This document shows, one piece after another, positions 8,921-17,551 of a DNA stretch of 64,000 bases. Source of the stretch: a virus; the IMG/VR virus record IMGVR_UViG_3300032268_000887, positions 1 to 64,000 of that record. The stretch is one strand, 5' to 3'. The notes beneath the pieces are model-generated. The model ran no database searches. It was given only the letters and a program-made list of their open reading frames with translations, and had not been told where the DNA came from. Each line of letters starts with the position of its first letter. Within the stretch, counting starts at the first letter, position 1. Both the position numbers and the translations under genes were made by a program.

Positions 8921-9615
8921 TAGCAGTCCTTTTTTATATATATATCATAAAATCCTAGGGCATGTAATGCTATTGCATCAACGCTCCAATTATTATTATA
9001 GCGTAAAAACTCATTTACTACCTGAAATGTTGCGTATGGCTTGTCTTCAATTATTCCATCATAAATTAAATAATCATTGAGGCCAATAATTCCTCCATCT
9101 TTAACTAAAAAAGAGGCTGCTTGAAGGGTGGGCCTTATGTCTTTTCTATCGTTAGTTATATCTAAATATATATAGTCATATTTATTTAAAATATTTTTTA
9201 ATATTTTTTTACTATCCCCTTTAAACGTTTTTACGTTGTTGTATGTACTGAATTTATCAACTATATATGCTTCATGCGTTTCTGGAGTATATAATAGTTT
9301 ATGTTTTTGCCCAGAACATTTACACTCTCCAAATTTTCTCCAAGACCAACACTTTAAATCTTGATCAAAATAATCCACCAAGTGTATGCATTCTGGGGTT
9401 TTTTGTTTAGCCACTAATTCGGCATAATATCCCCAGGCTACTCCTACCTCCATATATTTTAAACCAAAAGGGAGAGTCTTAATGTATTCTTCCCTAGACG
9501 AATATATCTTTGCAAGATTAAGTTTGTTTTGATCAATTAAATAAGCACAGTCTATTTGATCATCTAACAAAACAAAGTCATCAGAAGATGCAGGAGGCAC
9601 TGGCATTCTTGACAT
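8920..9615 (-). CDS. class I SAM-dependent methyltransferase (Methyltransf_24-like), paralog of 3887
   Basis: MEVGVAWG, FKGDS, YDYIYLD, GGIIGLNDY. Confidence 0.8.
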   Translation of the reverse strand: MSRMPVPPASSDDFVLLDDQIDCAYLIDQNKLNLAKIYSSREEYIKTLPFGLKYMEVGVAWGYYAELVAKQKTPECIHLVDYFDQDLKCWSWRKFGECKCSGQKHKLLYTPETHEAYIVDKFSTYNNVKTFKGDSKKILKNILNKYDYIYLDITNDRKDIRPTLQAASFLVKDGGIIGLNDYLIYDGIIEDKPYATFQVVNEFLRYNNNWSVDAIALHALGFYDIYIKKDC

Positions 9616-9789
9616 TTAAAAAGTTCCCCCGTCTAGAGTTGTTGGAGGGGATGACAGGGTTCCACATTGTGAACATCTCATATCTAAAAAATATAAAGCA
9701 ATTCCGCCATTTTCAAACATTGCTTGTATGTCCCATATTTTTGATCCACAAACACAAATATGTTTTGGGACTCCATTTGAATCAATCAT
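9616..9789 (-). CDS. small Zn-ribbon protein (57 aa, MIDSNGVPKHICVCGS...CSQCG)
   Basis: Translated by hand; CxC and CxxC; fills the gap between neighbours. Confidence 0.6.
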   Translation of the reverse strand: MIDSNGVPKHICVCGSKIWDIQAMFENGGIALYFLDMRCSQCGTLSSPPTTLDGGTF

Positions 9790-9791
9790 AC

Positions 9792-10019
9792 TTATATGGC
9801 CTTTCTGGTTAACAAAACGATTGCCCCATTTTCTTCTAATGCTTTTTTAACTTTTATCATATATTGCACTGCTTCTATTTTATCGTCATGTCCTAATTTT
9901 ATAAAAGCAATCTCATCTGCTCGAACAACCAAAAAATGTTCATTGTCTACAAGATCAACACTAAAATTTTTAGGGGCTCTGATAGATCTAAAAGCCTTAC
10001 GCATACTGTCTGTATACAT
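9792..10019 (-). CDS. hypothetical protein
   Basis: ORF coupled to neighbours. Confidence 0.55.
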   Translation of the reverse strand: MYTDSMRKAFRSIRAPKNFSVDLVDNEHFLVVRADEIAFIKLGHDDKIEAVQYMIKVKKALEENGAIVLLTRKAI

Positions 10020-10312
10020 TACAACTCTTTATCCATTGTTAATGCTTTCCAGTGAGTTGACCATTTTTCTTTTGTTTTGTGAGAGTTAAACTCTTTTGAT
10101 GGTTCCCCTTCTTCTAAATATATTCCACCCCAAAGACCATACTCTTTTCCAGATACTCCAACGGCAAAGCATTTTTTTAATACTGGACAATTTAAACAAA
10201 ATTGATCCATGCTGTCTTTGTAGTCTAGACTGCCTTCTTCGTACTGCTCAAAAAAAACACTAGTTGGCTGACCAAGACATAAAGCAGAATCTTTCCATTT
10301 ATGGTCCTTCAT
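10019..10312 (-). CDS. whiB: WhiB family Fe-S transcriptional regulator
   Basis: W...ALC...FF...CxxCPV...C...GLWGG; start likely MKDHKW (10312). Confidence 0.9.
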   Translation of the reverse strand: MKDHKWKDSALCLGQPTSVFFEQYEEGSLDYKDSMDQFCLNCPVLKKCFAVGVSGKEYGLWGGIYLEEGEPSKEFNSHKTKEKWSTHWKALTMDKEL

Positions 10313-11033
10313 TATAATTTTTCCTAACATCAATGCCAACTGGATCTATCTTGTCAAAATCTGGGAGACCTTCCCAAAGTTGAACAGAATCCAAATATGA
10401 ATATTTTTTATTTTCATCACCTTTTGATTCATTGACATCAAATGAATACCAAGATGGCATGGTATATCTGACTCCGCTTTCTACCTTTTGCACTGTGTGT
10501 TTATATGCATTGTTTCCTGGAAACATAATCATATCTCCTGGCTTTGGTTTTAAGACTAAGTCATAATCCGGAAAAGTAATTTCTCCCCCAGTATACTTAT
10601 CATTTGGATACATCAAAACTGACACGTTGTAAGTATAAAAATTTGCAGCCATTGCTGGAGTTCCGTCTGGTTTTTCACAATCACAATGTAGTTTAGAATT
10701 CATACCAGTTATCCATTTAACAAAATGTGTAGAATTAACTGGTTTTCTAATAATGGGAATTCCGTATTTTTCAGTAAAAAGTTTATATGCTTCAGCATAT
10801 ATTTTTTCTTCATATTTGTCTATAAGTTTGCCGACTGCTGGATTTTCTTCTTTAACTTTGTCTTCTCTTAAATCTTTTCCACCCATAAAATTATCATTAT
10901 CTTTGTACAAGTCAAGATAATTGTTGATGGCTAAAAGATCGTCATCGTTAATAAAATTATTAATTATGACAATGTTGTCTTTGTTTTTTCCTAAAACATC
11001 AAAATAGTTTTGATACGGCTGATAATTTATCAT
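10299..11033 (-). CDS. 2OG-Fe(II) oxygenase, P4H-like (subfamily A)
   Basis: LHCD, YPNDKYTGGEITFP, HTV, RY. Confidence 0.85.
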   Translation of the reverse strand: MINYQPYQNYFDVLGKNKDNIVIINNFINDDDLLAINNYLDLYKDNDNFMGGKDLREDKVKEENPAVGKLIDKYEEKIYAEAYKLFTEKYGIPIIRKPVNSTHFVKWITGMNSKLHCDCEKPDGTPAMAANFYTYNVSVLMYPNDKYTGGEITFPDYDLVLKPKPGDMIMFPGNNAYKHTVQKVESGVRYTMPSWYSFDVNESKGDENKKYSYLDSVQLWEGLPDFDKIDPVGIDVRKNYNEGP

Positions 11034-11245
11034 TTTTTTGCCCCCAAACTATTTGGCAAGTACCAACCATTTTCTGTTATTGGATAGCGCCTGTCAATGC
11101 CCCAACGGTTATTAAGAAATGATCCAGATTTGTGACTAAATCCATTGTTTGTAATTTCTCTTGAAATTATGTCCCAGCCAGACCATCGTAAATCTTTATT
11201 AGACTTAACAATTTGTTCGGCTTCTTCTAGTTTTTTAATTAACAT
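11030..11245 (-). CDS. hypothetical protein
   Basis: ORF with SD GGGGAG. Confidence 0.55.
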   Translation of the reverse strand: MLIKKLEEAEQIVKSNKDLRWSGWDIISREITNNGFSHKSGSFLNNRWGIDRRYPITENGWYLPNSLGAKK

Positions 11246-11254
11246 ATCTCCCCT

Positions 11255-11611
11255 TTAGTACTGGAATGTTCCCAGTTCTACTCCCTGATCTTTGGCTTTT
11301 TTTGCCAATACCGATATTGGCTGTTTTATGTTGCTAAAAAATGCAAAATAATTCATTTGTGATAAACATGTATTAACCCAAGAATCTGTTGTTTTATACA
11401 TTTGGATTTTTTTGCCTCTTCCTTTCATTCCTCTTTCAGAAAGATTGCAAAACTCCATAGCAAATTCTTGTATCTTGCTATTCCTAGACCCTACAACGTA
11501 AAGAGCCAATTCTTTATCTTCAATTTTCATATTAGATAAAACAACGCCCATGGCACGCAAAAAAACCGAGTAGTCTTTAAACTCGTTAGTTCCCTGTATC
11601 ACTACCATCAT
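11255..11611 (-). CDS. hypothetical protein, possibly SLOG/YspA-like
   Basis: VVIQGTNEFKDY N-terminus resembles SLOG GSRxFxDY. Confidence 0.4.
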   Translation of the reverse strand: MMVVIQGTNEFKDYSVFLRAMGVVLSNMKIEDKELALYVVGSRNSKIQEFAMEFCNLSERGMKGRGKKIQMYKTTDSWVNTCLSQMNYFAFFSNIKQPISVLAKKAKDQGVELGTFQY

Positions 11612-12047
11612 TGTTTTCTACGCTCCTTAAATCATCAACAATTTTCATCAGTTTATCAATTTCTTCTATATCCATATTAGTCGTATCAACTGGTTTTGCT
11701 AACGACTGATCGATTTCTCCACCCTCAGTTATTTCTGTTTCATAAAACGTATTGTCTTGAATCCAATATGCCTTACTATTAATAACAACAACCTTGATGC
11801 GTTCTGGATTATATTTTTGATTAGACTGCTTTGCTTGTGGTGACCTCTCCCTATTCATAATTATGTTTTTAATTATGTCTTCATTGGTTGGTAAAATTAA
11901 TCTAACAGCATTATGCAAAGTGCTTTGCCTATGCCGAATCCCACCAAAAGTTTTTCCTTTTGTCAAGACTTTATTAATTTTAACCGTTACATATATTATA
12001 AAGGAAAGGACGATAGATGTCAAGCCTATAGCCACAAAGTATTCCAT
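11586..12047 (-). CDS. hypothetical protein with N-terminal TM
   Basis: Hydrophobic N-terminus. Confidence 0.55.
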   Translation of the reverse strand: MEYFVAIGLTSIVLSFIIYVTVKINKVLTKGKTFGGIRHRQSTLHNAVRLILPTNEDIIKNIIMNRERSPQAKQSNQKYNPERIKVVVINSKAYWIQDNTFYETEITEGGEIDQSLAKPVDTTNMDIEEIDKLMKIVDDLRSVENNDGSDTGN

Positions 12048-12066
12048 AATACCCCCAGTATATCAT

Positions 12067-12681
12067 TTAGTCAGAAAAGGAGATAGATATTGCATTTCTT
12101 GGGCACAAAGATTCTACGCTATGCTTTAGATTTTTTGGGATAAAAATAAGATCGCCAGAATTTAATGTATAATTTTCTTGTTCTAAATTATCATTATCAT
12201 ATACTCTCCATAGGGTTGAGCCTGCAAATTGAGTAAAAAATCCATCAACTGCATCAGAATGAATTGTAGGCTCAAACGCTTCTTTTGGAGGCAAAGGGTT
12301 AGGCATGGGATGTGGGTTTGTATTGACAAAATGCTCTTTAAAAATTTTGGCTATCTCATCGTTAATAGTATTATCATGCTTAGTTATAAAATGAATAATT
12401 GAAAAAACTGCTATTTTTTTTCCAGGATGAATTAAAGAAAATTTGTCTATAAAGCCATCAAAAATATCTGAATACTGTTCTGATTTATCGATAGTGCAAG
12501 TGCCAAAAGAGTTAAAATTAACACTGTTTGTTTTATGCGCTAACTTAAAAATATTAAAAACATCTGCCCAACTAGGAACTTCTTGCCAAAAATTTGAAGA
12601 TACTAAAACTTTGTTATTTTTTTTAGCAAAAAGTATAGATTCTTTAGTGACTTGAGACACTTTATTTAATTTTTCTACCAA
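12067..12681 (-). CDS. JmjC/cupin-like 2OG oxygenase
   Basis: IHSD..DGFFTQFAGSTLW...LNSGDLIFIPKNLKHSV...SIS. Confidence 0.7.
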   Translation of the reverse strand: MVEKLNKVSQVTKESILFAKKNNKVLVSSNFWQEVPSWADVFNIFKLAHKTNSVNFNSFGTCTIDKSEQYSDIFDGFIDKFSLIHPGKKIAVFSIIHFITKHDNTINDEIAKIFKEHFVNTNPHPMPNPLPPKEAFEPTIHSDAVDGFFTQFAGSTLWRVYDNDNLEQENYTLNSGDLIFIPKNLKHSVESLCPRNAISISFSD

Positions 12682-12693
12682 ATAAAAACATGT

Positions 12694-13569
12694 TTACCAA
12701 ATAATTCTTTGACTTGTTTTACTGATTGGTGATTCAAAAATATTTGCAAACAATGCTTTATCTCTTTCTGCGTTTGCAATTTTACGAGACCAAGAATATC
12801 CAGCATCTCCGCCCCATGCTAACCACATAATGTAACCGTTTGATGGGTTTGCTTGATTTGCCCAGTCTTTACCTTTTTTATCTACTTCATGTCTAGAAAA
12901 ATAAGAATACATTCTTTTAACAGTACTTAAAGAAATTGATTCTCCTCTTGCTAATTGCCCTGCACGAGTCCAACCTACTGATGTTCCTGCGCCATTTGCT
13001 TTGCCTTGTTCTTTAAATTTAATTGCTTTACGAGCAGCAGCCCTTGCGCCTGCTGGTGGTGAATATCCTTCAGCCTTTGACATTGTTTCTATATTATATT
13101 CAACTGTGTCGTCATCTTCAAACAAATCATCTGCTTTCGCAGCAGGAACACAATTAGGAACTGGCTTACCATTTTTCCCTGGCTTCATACCACGTTGGAC
13201 ATATCCTTTCCAGCATGGTGCTTGTTTTTCAATATTTTCTTCTGGGCAGCAGCCATCAAATTTATCCATTTCTTCTAAATCATCTTCTTCTTCATCATCT
13301 TCATTCATACTATTACTGTTCATATCTATAATTTGTGCGTCTTTGTACATCATGCCAATACTATATGCTGTTGGCTTCCACGTCCCGCCTTCTTTTTTGT
13401 AAACTCTAACAGCCATTGCTGGATTTTCTGGTGGCATTGATTGAATAGCATACTCTGTTCCAGGAACTCCATAAACTCCGCCTTCAGTCATGATGTGCTC
13501 TATAACTCCGTGAATAATTCCTTCGGATGTTGAGCCCATAACAAAATCGCCTTCTTTTAAAATAGACAT
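12694..13569 (-). CDS. modular phage protein (N-terminal beta domain, CWxGY..VPNCV motif, C-terminal KRMYSYFSRH/AWGGD domain)
   Basis: Motifs I recognise from head-associated proteins of other phages. Confidence 0.5.
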   Translation of the reverse strand: MSILKEGDFVMGSTSEGIIHGVIEHIMTEGGVYGVPGTEYAIQSMPPENPAMAVRVYKKEGGTWKPTAYSIGMMYKDAQIIDMNSNSMNEDDEEEDDLEEMDKFDGCCPEENIEKQAPCWKGYVQRGMKPGKNGKPVPNCVPAAKADDLFEDDDTVEYNIETMSKAEGYSPPAGARAAARKAIKFKEQGKANGAGTSVGWTRAGQLARGESISLSTVKRMYSYFSRHEVDKKGKDWANQANPSNGYIMWLAWGGDAGYSWSRKIANAERDKALFANIFESPISKTSQRIIW

Positions 13570-13581
13570 ATTAATATTGTA

Positions 13582-13923
13582 TCACTTTTTACTTTCTTTT
13601 AAAGCATCCCTGATTCTAGCAAAAAGTTCTGCCTTTTCTGGCAATAGTTCTGATATGGCTTTAGGATCAAAAGCCTTAGAAGTAAGAGAAATCATTGGAT
13701 TTAGACTACTAAAATCGCTAATATCCAAAAACCCTCTTTCCCAAAAATACATGGTATCTGCATAAATCATATTCAAATGTTCGTTATAAAGAGTTCTGTT
13801 TATATCTTTCATTTTTTCTGTAATCTTATATAAGAACTCTCCGCTTTCTGAGTCTATTCCTTCAAGTTCAAGCGCTCCTGACCTTATCATTTCTTCCACA
13901 ATCTCATCATTGTCTTTGTGCAT
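13582..13923 (-). CDS. hypothetical protein
   Basis: ORF. Confidence 0.55.
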   Translation of the reverse strand: MHKDNDEIVEEMIRSGALELEGIDSESGEFLYKITEKMKDINRTLYNEHLNMIYADTMYFWERGFLDISDFSSLNPMISLTSKAFDPKAISELLPEKAELFARIRDALKESKK

Positions 13924-14177
13924 TATCTTTTTATTGCTTCCTCTAAGTCTTGTTTTGTCTCAAGGACATACCTTTTATCTAAAATTTCTTTTGCAAATTT
14001 CATCATTTTGTCATAACCAACGGCATTATCCATAATTTTATTATAGTGATGGGAACAAAACATTAAGTCTCCAACTTGTCCTTTTACTAAAACTGACGCT
14101 CTTGCTCCACACTGATCACACCTGTGAGTAGAATTAAGTTCTACTTTGGAGTTTGTATCAACTACGGCGGAGTTCAT
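13923..14177 (-). CDS. actinobacterial-type small Zn-finger protein
   Basis: RCDQCGARA...LMFCSHH. Confidence 0.6.
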   Translation of the reverse strand: MNSAVVDTNSKVELNSTHRCDQCGARASVLVKGQVGDLMFCSHHYNKIMDNAVGYDKMMKFAKEILDKRYVLETKQDLEEAIKR

Positions 14178-14197
14178 ATACCAATTATACTATAGTA

Positions 14198-14731
14198 TTA
14201 GATGTACGTCAACAGAAGTATCTCTTCTTTTATAGAATAAGGCATCCTATACCTTTCATCTATAACTGTATGCTCTTTTAAAAGGTCAATTTTATTTGAT
14301 AAATATCTATAATATTTTTTTCTATAATGAAAATTACAAAATAACTCTTCTCTTCCTCCTTTAATAATACACGATACATATGCAGATAATTCACATTTTT
14401 CATTAAAACATTGCTTATTTAATATTTGTGAAGGGGTTCCAGGATCTTTAGCGAATGTTTGTTTTATGTCTTCTAATTCTTCAATTAAATATTCACAAAT
14501 CTGTGGCCAATTATCAGGAGTTCTTTCCATAACTATATCTTGTTCAAATACAAAGTGAAAATCACATAAAAATCTTTTTCCATGAATGCCTTCTGTATAC
14601 ACATATGCTGGACATAAACATGAGGTATTTTCTGTCATAGGCTTTATACCAATTTGCTCAGTTTTTGCTAAAATAGTCATCATTGGGTCAAACGCTTGAC
14701 ATAATTGTTCTTTAGGTATCCTAACAATCAT
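14198..14731 (-). CDS. Cys/His-rich protein with two Zn-binding repeats
   Basis: C..PAYV...FLCDFH and C..SAYV...LFCNFH. Confidence 0.5.
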   Translation of the reverse strand: MIVRIPKEQLCQAFDPMMTILAKTEQIGIKPMTENTSCLCPAYVYTEGIHGKRFLCDFHFVFEQDIVMERTPDNWPQICEYLIEELEDIKQTFAKDPGTPSQILNKQCFNEKCELSAYVSCIIKGGREELFCNFHYRKKYYRYLSNKIDLLKEHTVIDERYRMPYSIKEEILLLTYI

Positions 14732-14910
14732 TTTCGATTATCTGTTCTATAAAACCCATTTCCATTAAACGTTACCCCGATATTAGAATATACCCGTACC
14801 AGTGAACCATTGCACTTGTCACAGTTATATCCAGGATCTACTTCAGACATTGTTCTAATTTTTGTATATCTTAACGCACAAGGCATGCAGTCATATTCGT
14901 AGGCAGGCAT
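14728..14910 (-). CDS. FmdB-family Zn-ribbon protein
   Basis: MPAYEYDCxxC...CxxC...FNGNGFYRTD; start at MPAY. Confidence 0.8.
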   Translation of the reverse strand: MPAYEYDCMPCALRYTKIRTMSEVDPGYNCDKCNGSLVRVYSNIGVTFNGNGFYRTDNRK

Positions 14911-15551
14911 TAGACTTCTCCAGTAGACATTCTTGGTTCTTTTAAACTGTGGTACCACTGCGGTACTGCATATCTAAAACCTTTTTCAATAGGTTTTACC
15001 GTATGAGTAAAAACAAAATTTGATGGAAAAAATATAACACTTCCAGCCTCTGGTTTAATTTGAATATCTACCTGTGGAAAATATATTTCCCCGCCAACAT
15101 AATCATCATTTAAGTAAGCAACTGTAGATAAAACTCTACTGCTAACCCCCTGATCTTGATGCTCTGGCAAGTATCCCGTAGTTCCATATTTTAAAATACT
15201 TAACAATCCCTCTGTTGATTTAATATTTTGAGATGCATGTGGGTATAGTTCTTTTGAGTAATGATTGTATGCTCTTTCAATACCACCAAAAATTTTATCA
15301 TAGACAAAAGATATATGAGAATAAAGTGGGTCTAACTTAAATACATTTTTAGGTTCAGTTATAAAATGCCTTATACAAAATTTTTCTATTTCTGGGTTAG
15401 CCCCATTCCATTCATGCCACGGTAACGCAGCGCTCTTGACACCTCTTGCAAGTTGATCTTGCATATATTCAATAGAGCCAATTGTTTCTTTAGTATTTTC
15501 AATAGCATCTTTATAATAAACCATTCCGGCAGCCAAAATTTCATGTTGCAT
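14910..15551 (-). CDS. 2OG-Fe(II) oxygenase, P4H-like (subfamily A)
   Basis: EHQD, YLNDDYVGGEIYFP, FPSNF, HTV, RY; start likely MQHEI. Confidence 0.85.
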   Translation of the reverse strand: MQHEILAAGMVYYKDAIENTKETIGSIEYMQDQLARGVKSAALPWHEWNGANPEIEKFCIRHFITEPKNVFKLDPLYSHISFVYDKIFGGIERAYNHYSKELYPHASQNIKSTEGLLSILKYGTTGYLPEHQDQGVSSRVLSTVAYLNDDYVGGEIYFPQVDIQIKPEAGSVIFFPSNFVFTHTVKPIEKGFRYAVPQWYHSLKEPRMSTGEV

Positions 15552-16134
15552 CGTACTCTTCTTTCCATTCATCCTTTTTCTTTGACAGTCTTTTTTTAAA
15601 ATCAGAGTAATCTGGTCTTAGTTCGTGTTTATGAGACCAGTGGCTATCTTCTCTAAATTGAAACCACATTAAATCTAAAAATTCACCATCACTAAATTCC
15701 CTTTTAGGTCGCCAGTGCAATACATTTTCTCCCTCAAATACTAATGCATCATTATTTTCTAAAACATACTCTTTTCCTTCTACATTTAAAGACCAGGAAA
15801 TGTTGCCGTCTAGTTGATAATCTAGAGTAAACTGTGAGGGAACTTCATCCATATGGGGTCCTAATTTAGGGGTGCCAAACTCTTTGCTGTATCTTCCAAA
15901 CGCAACAGCATAAATCTCTAAAGGTTTTCCATAATGTGAAATTGCTATGTCTGTTAAAGTTTTTGTTACTCCTTCTGGTAATAAGTTAAGGTTTGGCAAT
16001 GGCTTTACTTCTCTACCAGGCCACCTTTTGCTAACAGCAACATTTTCTATGTTATCTCTAATAACTTTTATTTTTGCTATTTCTTCATCAGAAAAAATAT
16101 TTTTTACTATTGACGATTCCAAGATTACCTCCAA
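15541..16134 (-). CDS. 2OG-Fe(II) oxygenase-like (subfamily B)
   Basis: RYSKEFGTPKLGPHMD...LDYQ...VEG...HWRP. Confidence 0.65.
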   Translation of the reverse strand: MEVILESSIVKNIFSDEEIAKIKVIRDNIENVAVSKRWPGREVKPLPNLNLLPEGVTKTLTDIAISHYGKPLEIYAVAFGRYSKEFGTPKLGPHMDEVPSQFTLDYQLDGNISWSLNVEGKEYVLENNDALVFEGENVLHWRPKREFSDGEFLDLMWFQFREDSHWSHKHELRPDYSDFKKRLSKKKDEWKEEYDAT

Positions 16135-16152
16135 ACCTTATAATTTATTATA

Positions 16153-16302
16153 TCAGATATATGCTTGCATTAAAAATTTGCTATCCCAAAGGGCACCCAA
16201 AGACTCATTTCCAATATCGTCAAAGAAATATCTGTTGGCAGTAAGGCTATATGTCCAGCCTTTCCAAATATCCCCGTCATCCCAAGTTAGGTTTGTATCC
16301 AT
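16153..16302 (-). CDS. small hypothetical protein (49 aa, MDTNLTWDDGDIWKGW...)
   Basis: Translated by hand; TAATG coupling to the HNH gene. Confidence 0.5.
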   Translation of the reverse strand: MDTNLTWDDGDIWKGWTYSLTANRYFFDDIGNESLGALWDSKFLMQAYI

Positions 16303-16697
16303 TAATTCATCCTTATCTTATTTTTGGGAAACCCTAAATAATATTTAAAGTTCTTCCCTTCTTTTGTTCGCATTTCTGTTACATACCTATGACAGTTAGA
16401 ACAGATGATCTGACATTTCAACATCTCCCCCTGGATCTCTTCTATGGTTTTATCTCGTAGACCACTGCTGCTAAGGTTAAAGGATTTCTTGTATTGAGGA
16501 AGGTGGTCAAAATCAAGGGTATACCAAGGATATTCAACCTTACAACCTGGACAGGTACTATTTAAATCTTTAATATCTTTAAGGTATTGTCTCTTTGAAC
16601 TGCGCCTGCTTTTGATCCTTGCTCGTCTTATATCTTTATTGCGTTGATGCCAAAGCGCTTTATACTCAGCGTTTTTCTTTGGATCTGAATATGGCAT
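16302..16697 (-). CDS. HNH endonuclease
   Basis: CPGC...LDFDH...KCQIICSNCHR. Confidence 0.8.
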   Translation of the reverse strand: MPYSDPKKNAEYKALWHQRNKDIRRARIKSRRSSKRQYLKDIKDLNSTCPGCKVEYPWYTLDFDHLPQYKKSFNLSSSGLRDKTIEEIQGEMLKCQIICSNCHRYVTEMRTKEGKNFKYYLGFPKNKIRMN

Positions 16698-16877
16698 TTA
16701 GTCCTCACGGTTATTCATATCAACAACACCATTAGTATCAAAACAGTATTTGCATATTTCAAAGAACATACTCCCAGATGGATCTATGCTATAAATATAG
16801 TCACAGGCATGTGGGGTTTTTCGCATCTCATTAACTTTTTTCCAGGGATCCTTCATAAATTCATCTAAGTCGCTCAT
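16698..16877 (-). CDS. small hypothetical protein (59 aa, MSDLDEF...)
   Basis: Start reassigned by TGGTATGAT-6nt-ATG. Confidence 0.5.
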   Translation of the reverse strand: MSDLDEFMKDPWKKVNEMRKTPHACDYIYSIDPSGSMFFEICKYCFDTNGVVDMNNRED

Positions 16878-16909
16878 ACATTTATCATACCAGAAATCGG
16901 AGGAAATTA

Positions 16910-17005
16910 CAAGTGAGCACTTTATACACATGCTCAGGTGTGTCCAGTTATTTACTGTCGCTGTCTCCCCCGACATATCTGCGACTTCCCGATGAGAGGA
17001 TGCAG
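16910..17005 (-). ncRNA. candidate structured small RNA ending in an H-type pseudoknot
   Basis: TATAAT at 17012-17017; stems TCTGC/GCAGA, TGTCG/CGACA, CAGT/ACTG; pseudoknot ACAC/GTGT + GAGCA/TGCTC; GC-richer than flanks. Confidence 0.5.
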
Positions 17006-17022
17006 AGTTCTATTATATTGTA

Positions 17023-17454
17023 TTATTTTATTTTAATTGTTTTAGGCTTCTTTTCTTCTGGAACAATACGATCAATTTGTATTTTTAACATACCGTCCTT
17101 TAGATCAGCACTAGTAATTTCCATGTATTCTCCAAGCGCAAAAGATCTTGAGAATTGGCGAGTTGCAATTCCATTATGAACTACTTCTGGATATTTTTTT
17201 CTTCCATCAGTCTGATCCTTTAATTCACCCTTAATAAATAAAGTTCTATCATCTAGAGTGACCTCTATATCATCTTTAGAAAATCCAGCCACAGCAATAG
17301 AAACTAGATAAGAATCTTCATCTAGTTTGACTATGTTGTAAGGTGGATACGACTGTGAGTTTGTTCTATATGCACTGTTTAGGCGACTCAACTCTTTGTT
17401 GAAACCAATAAAAAATGGATCCTTAAAAAGATCCATAGCGAATGTACTTACCAT
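17023..17454 (-). CDS. Hsp20 / alpha-crystallin small heat-shock protein
   Basis: YPPYNI, AVAGF, HNGIATRQFSRSF, ADLKDGML, PEEKKPKTI. Confidence 0.95.
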   Translation of the reverse strand: MVSTFAMDLFKDPFFIGFNKELSRLNSAYRTNSQSYPPYNIVKLDEDSYLVSIAVAGFSKDDIEVTLDDRTLFIKGELKDQTDGRKKYPEVVHNGIATRQFSRSFALGEYMEITSADLKDGMLKIQIDRIVPEEKKPKTIKIK

Positions 17455-17456
17455 TT

Positions 17457-17509
17457 TATTCCTCCTTCAAGCGAATAAGTTAATGTACCCCCCATTTGAG
17501 CAGGTACAT
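17457..17509 (-). promoter_or_regulatory. ROSE-like RNA thermometer in the hsp20 5' UTR
   Basis: UAUUC-G-CUU-GAAG-GAGGAAUA hairpin sequesters the SD with a bulged G (UCGCU); upstream hairpin UGUACC/GGUACA. Confidence 0.5.
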
Positions 17510-17513
17510 ACTA

Positions 17514-17541
17514 ATTATATCATATTTGTCTTAAAGGTCAA
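17514..17541 (-). promoter_or_regulatory. promoter of hsp20
   Basis: TTGACC-16 nt (ending TGA)-TATAAT. Confidence 0.6.
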
Positions 17542-17551
17542 AGTTTTATAC

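Noticed and set aside
16302-16697. HNH as an intron-encoded homing endonuclease
   Set aside because: The flanking genes appear intact and translationally coupled; no split gene or group I core was seen.
16878-16976. N-terminal extension of ORF 16698..16976
   Set aside because: It overlaps the structured RNA candidate, and a -10 + 6 nt + ATG signal supports the start at 16877.
16910-17005. tmRNA, preQ1 or SAM-II identity for the pseudoknot RNAs
   Set aside because: There are no tRNA-like ends or tag ORF, and the ligand-binding consensus nucleotides were not recognisable by eye.
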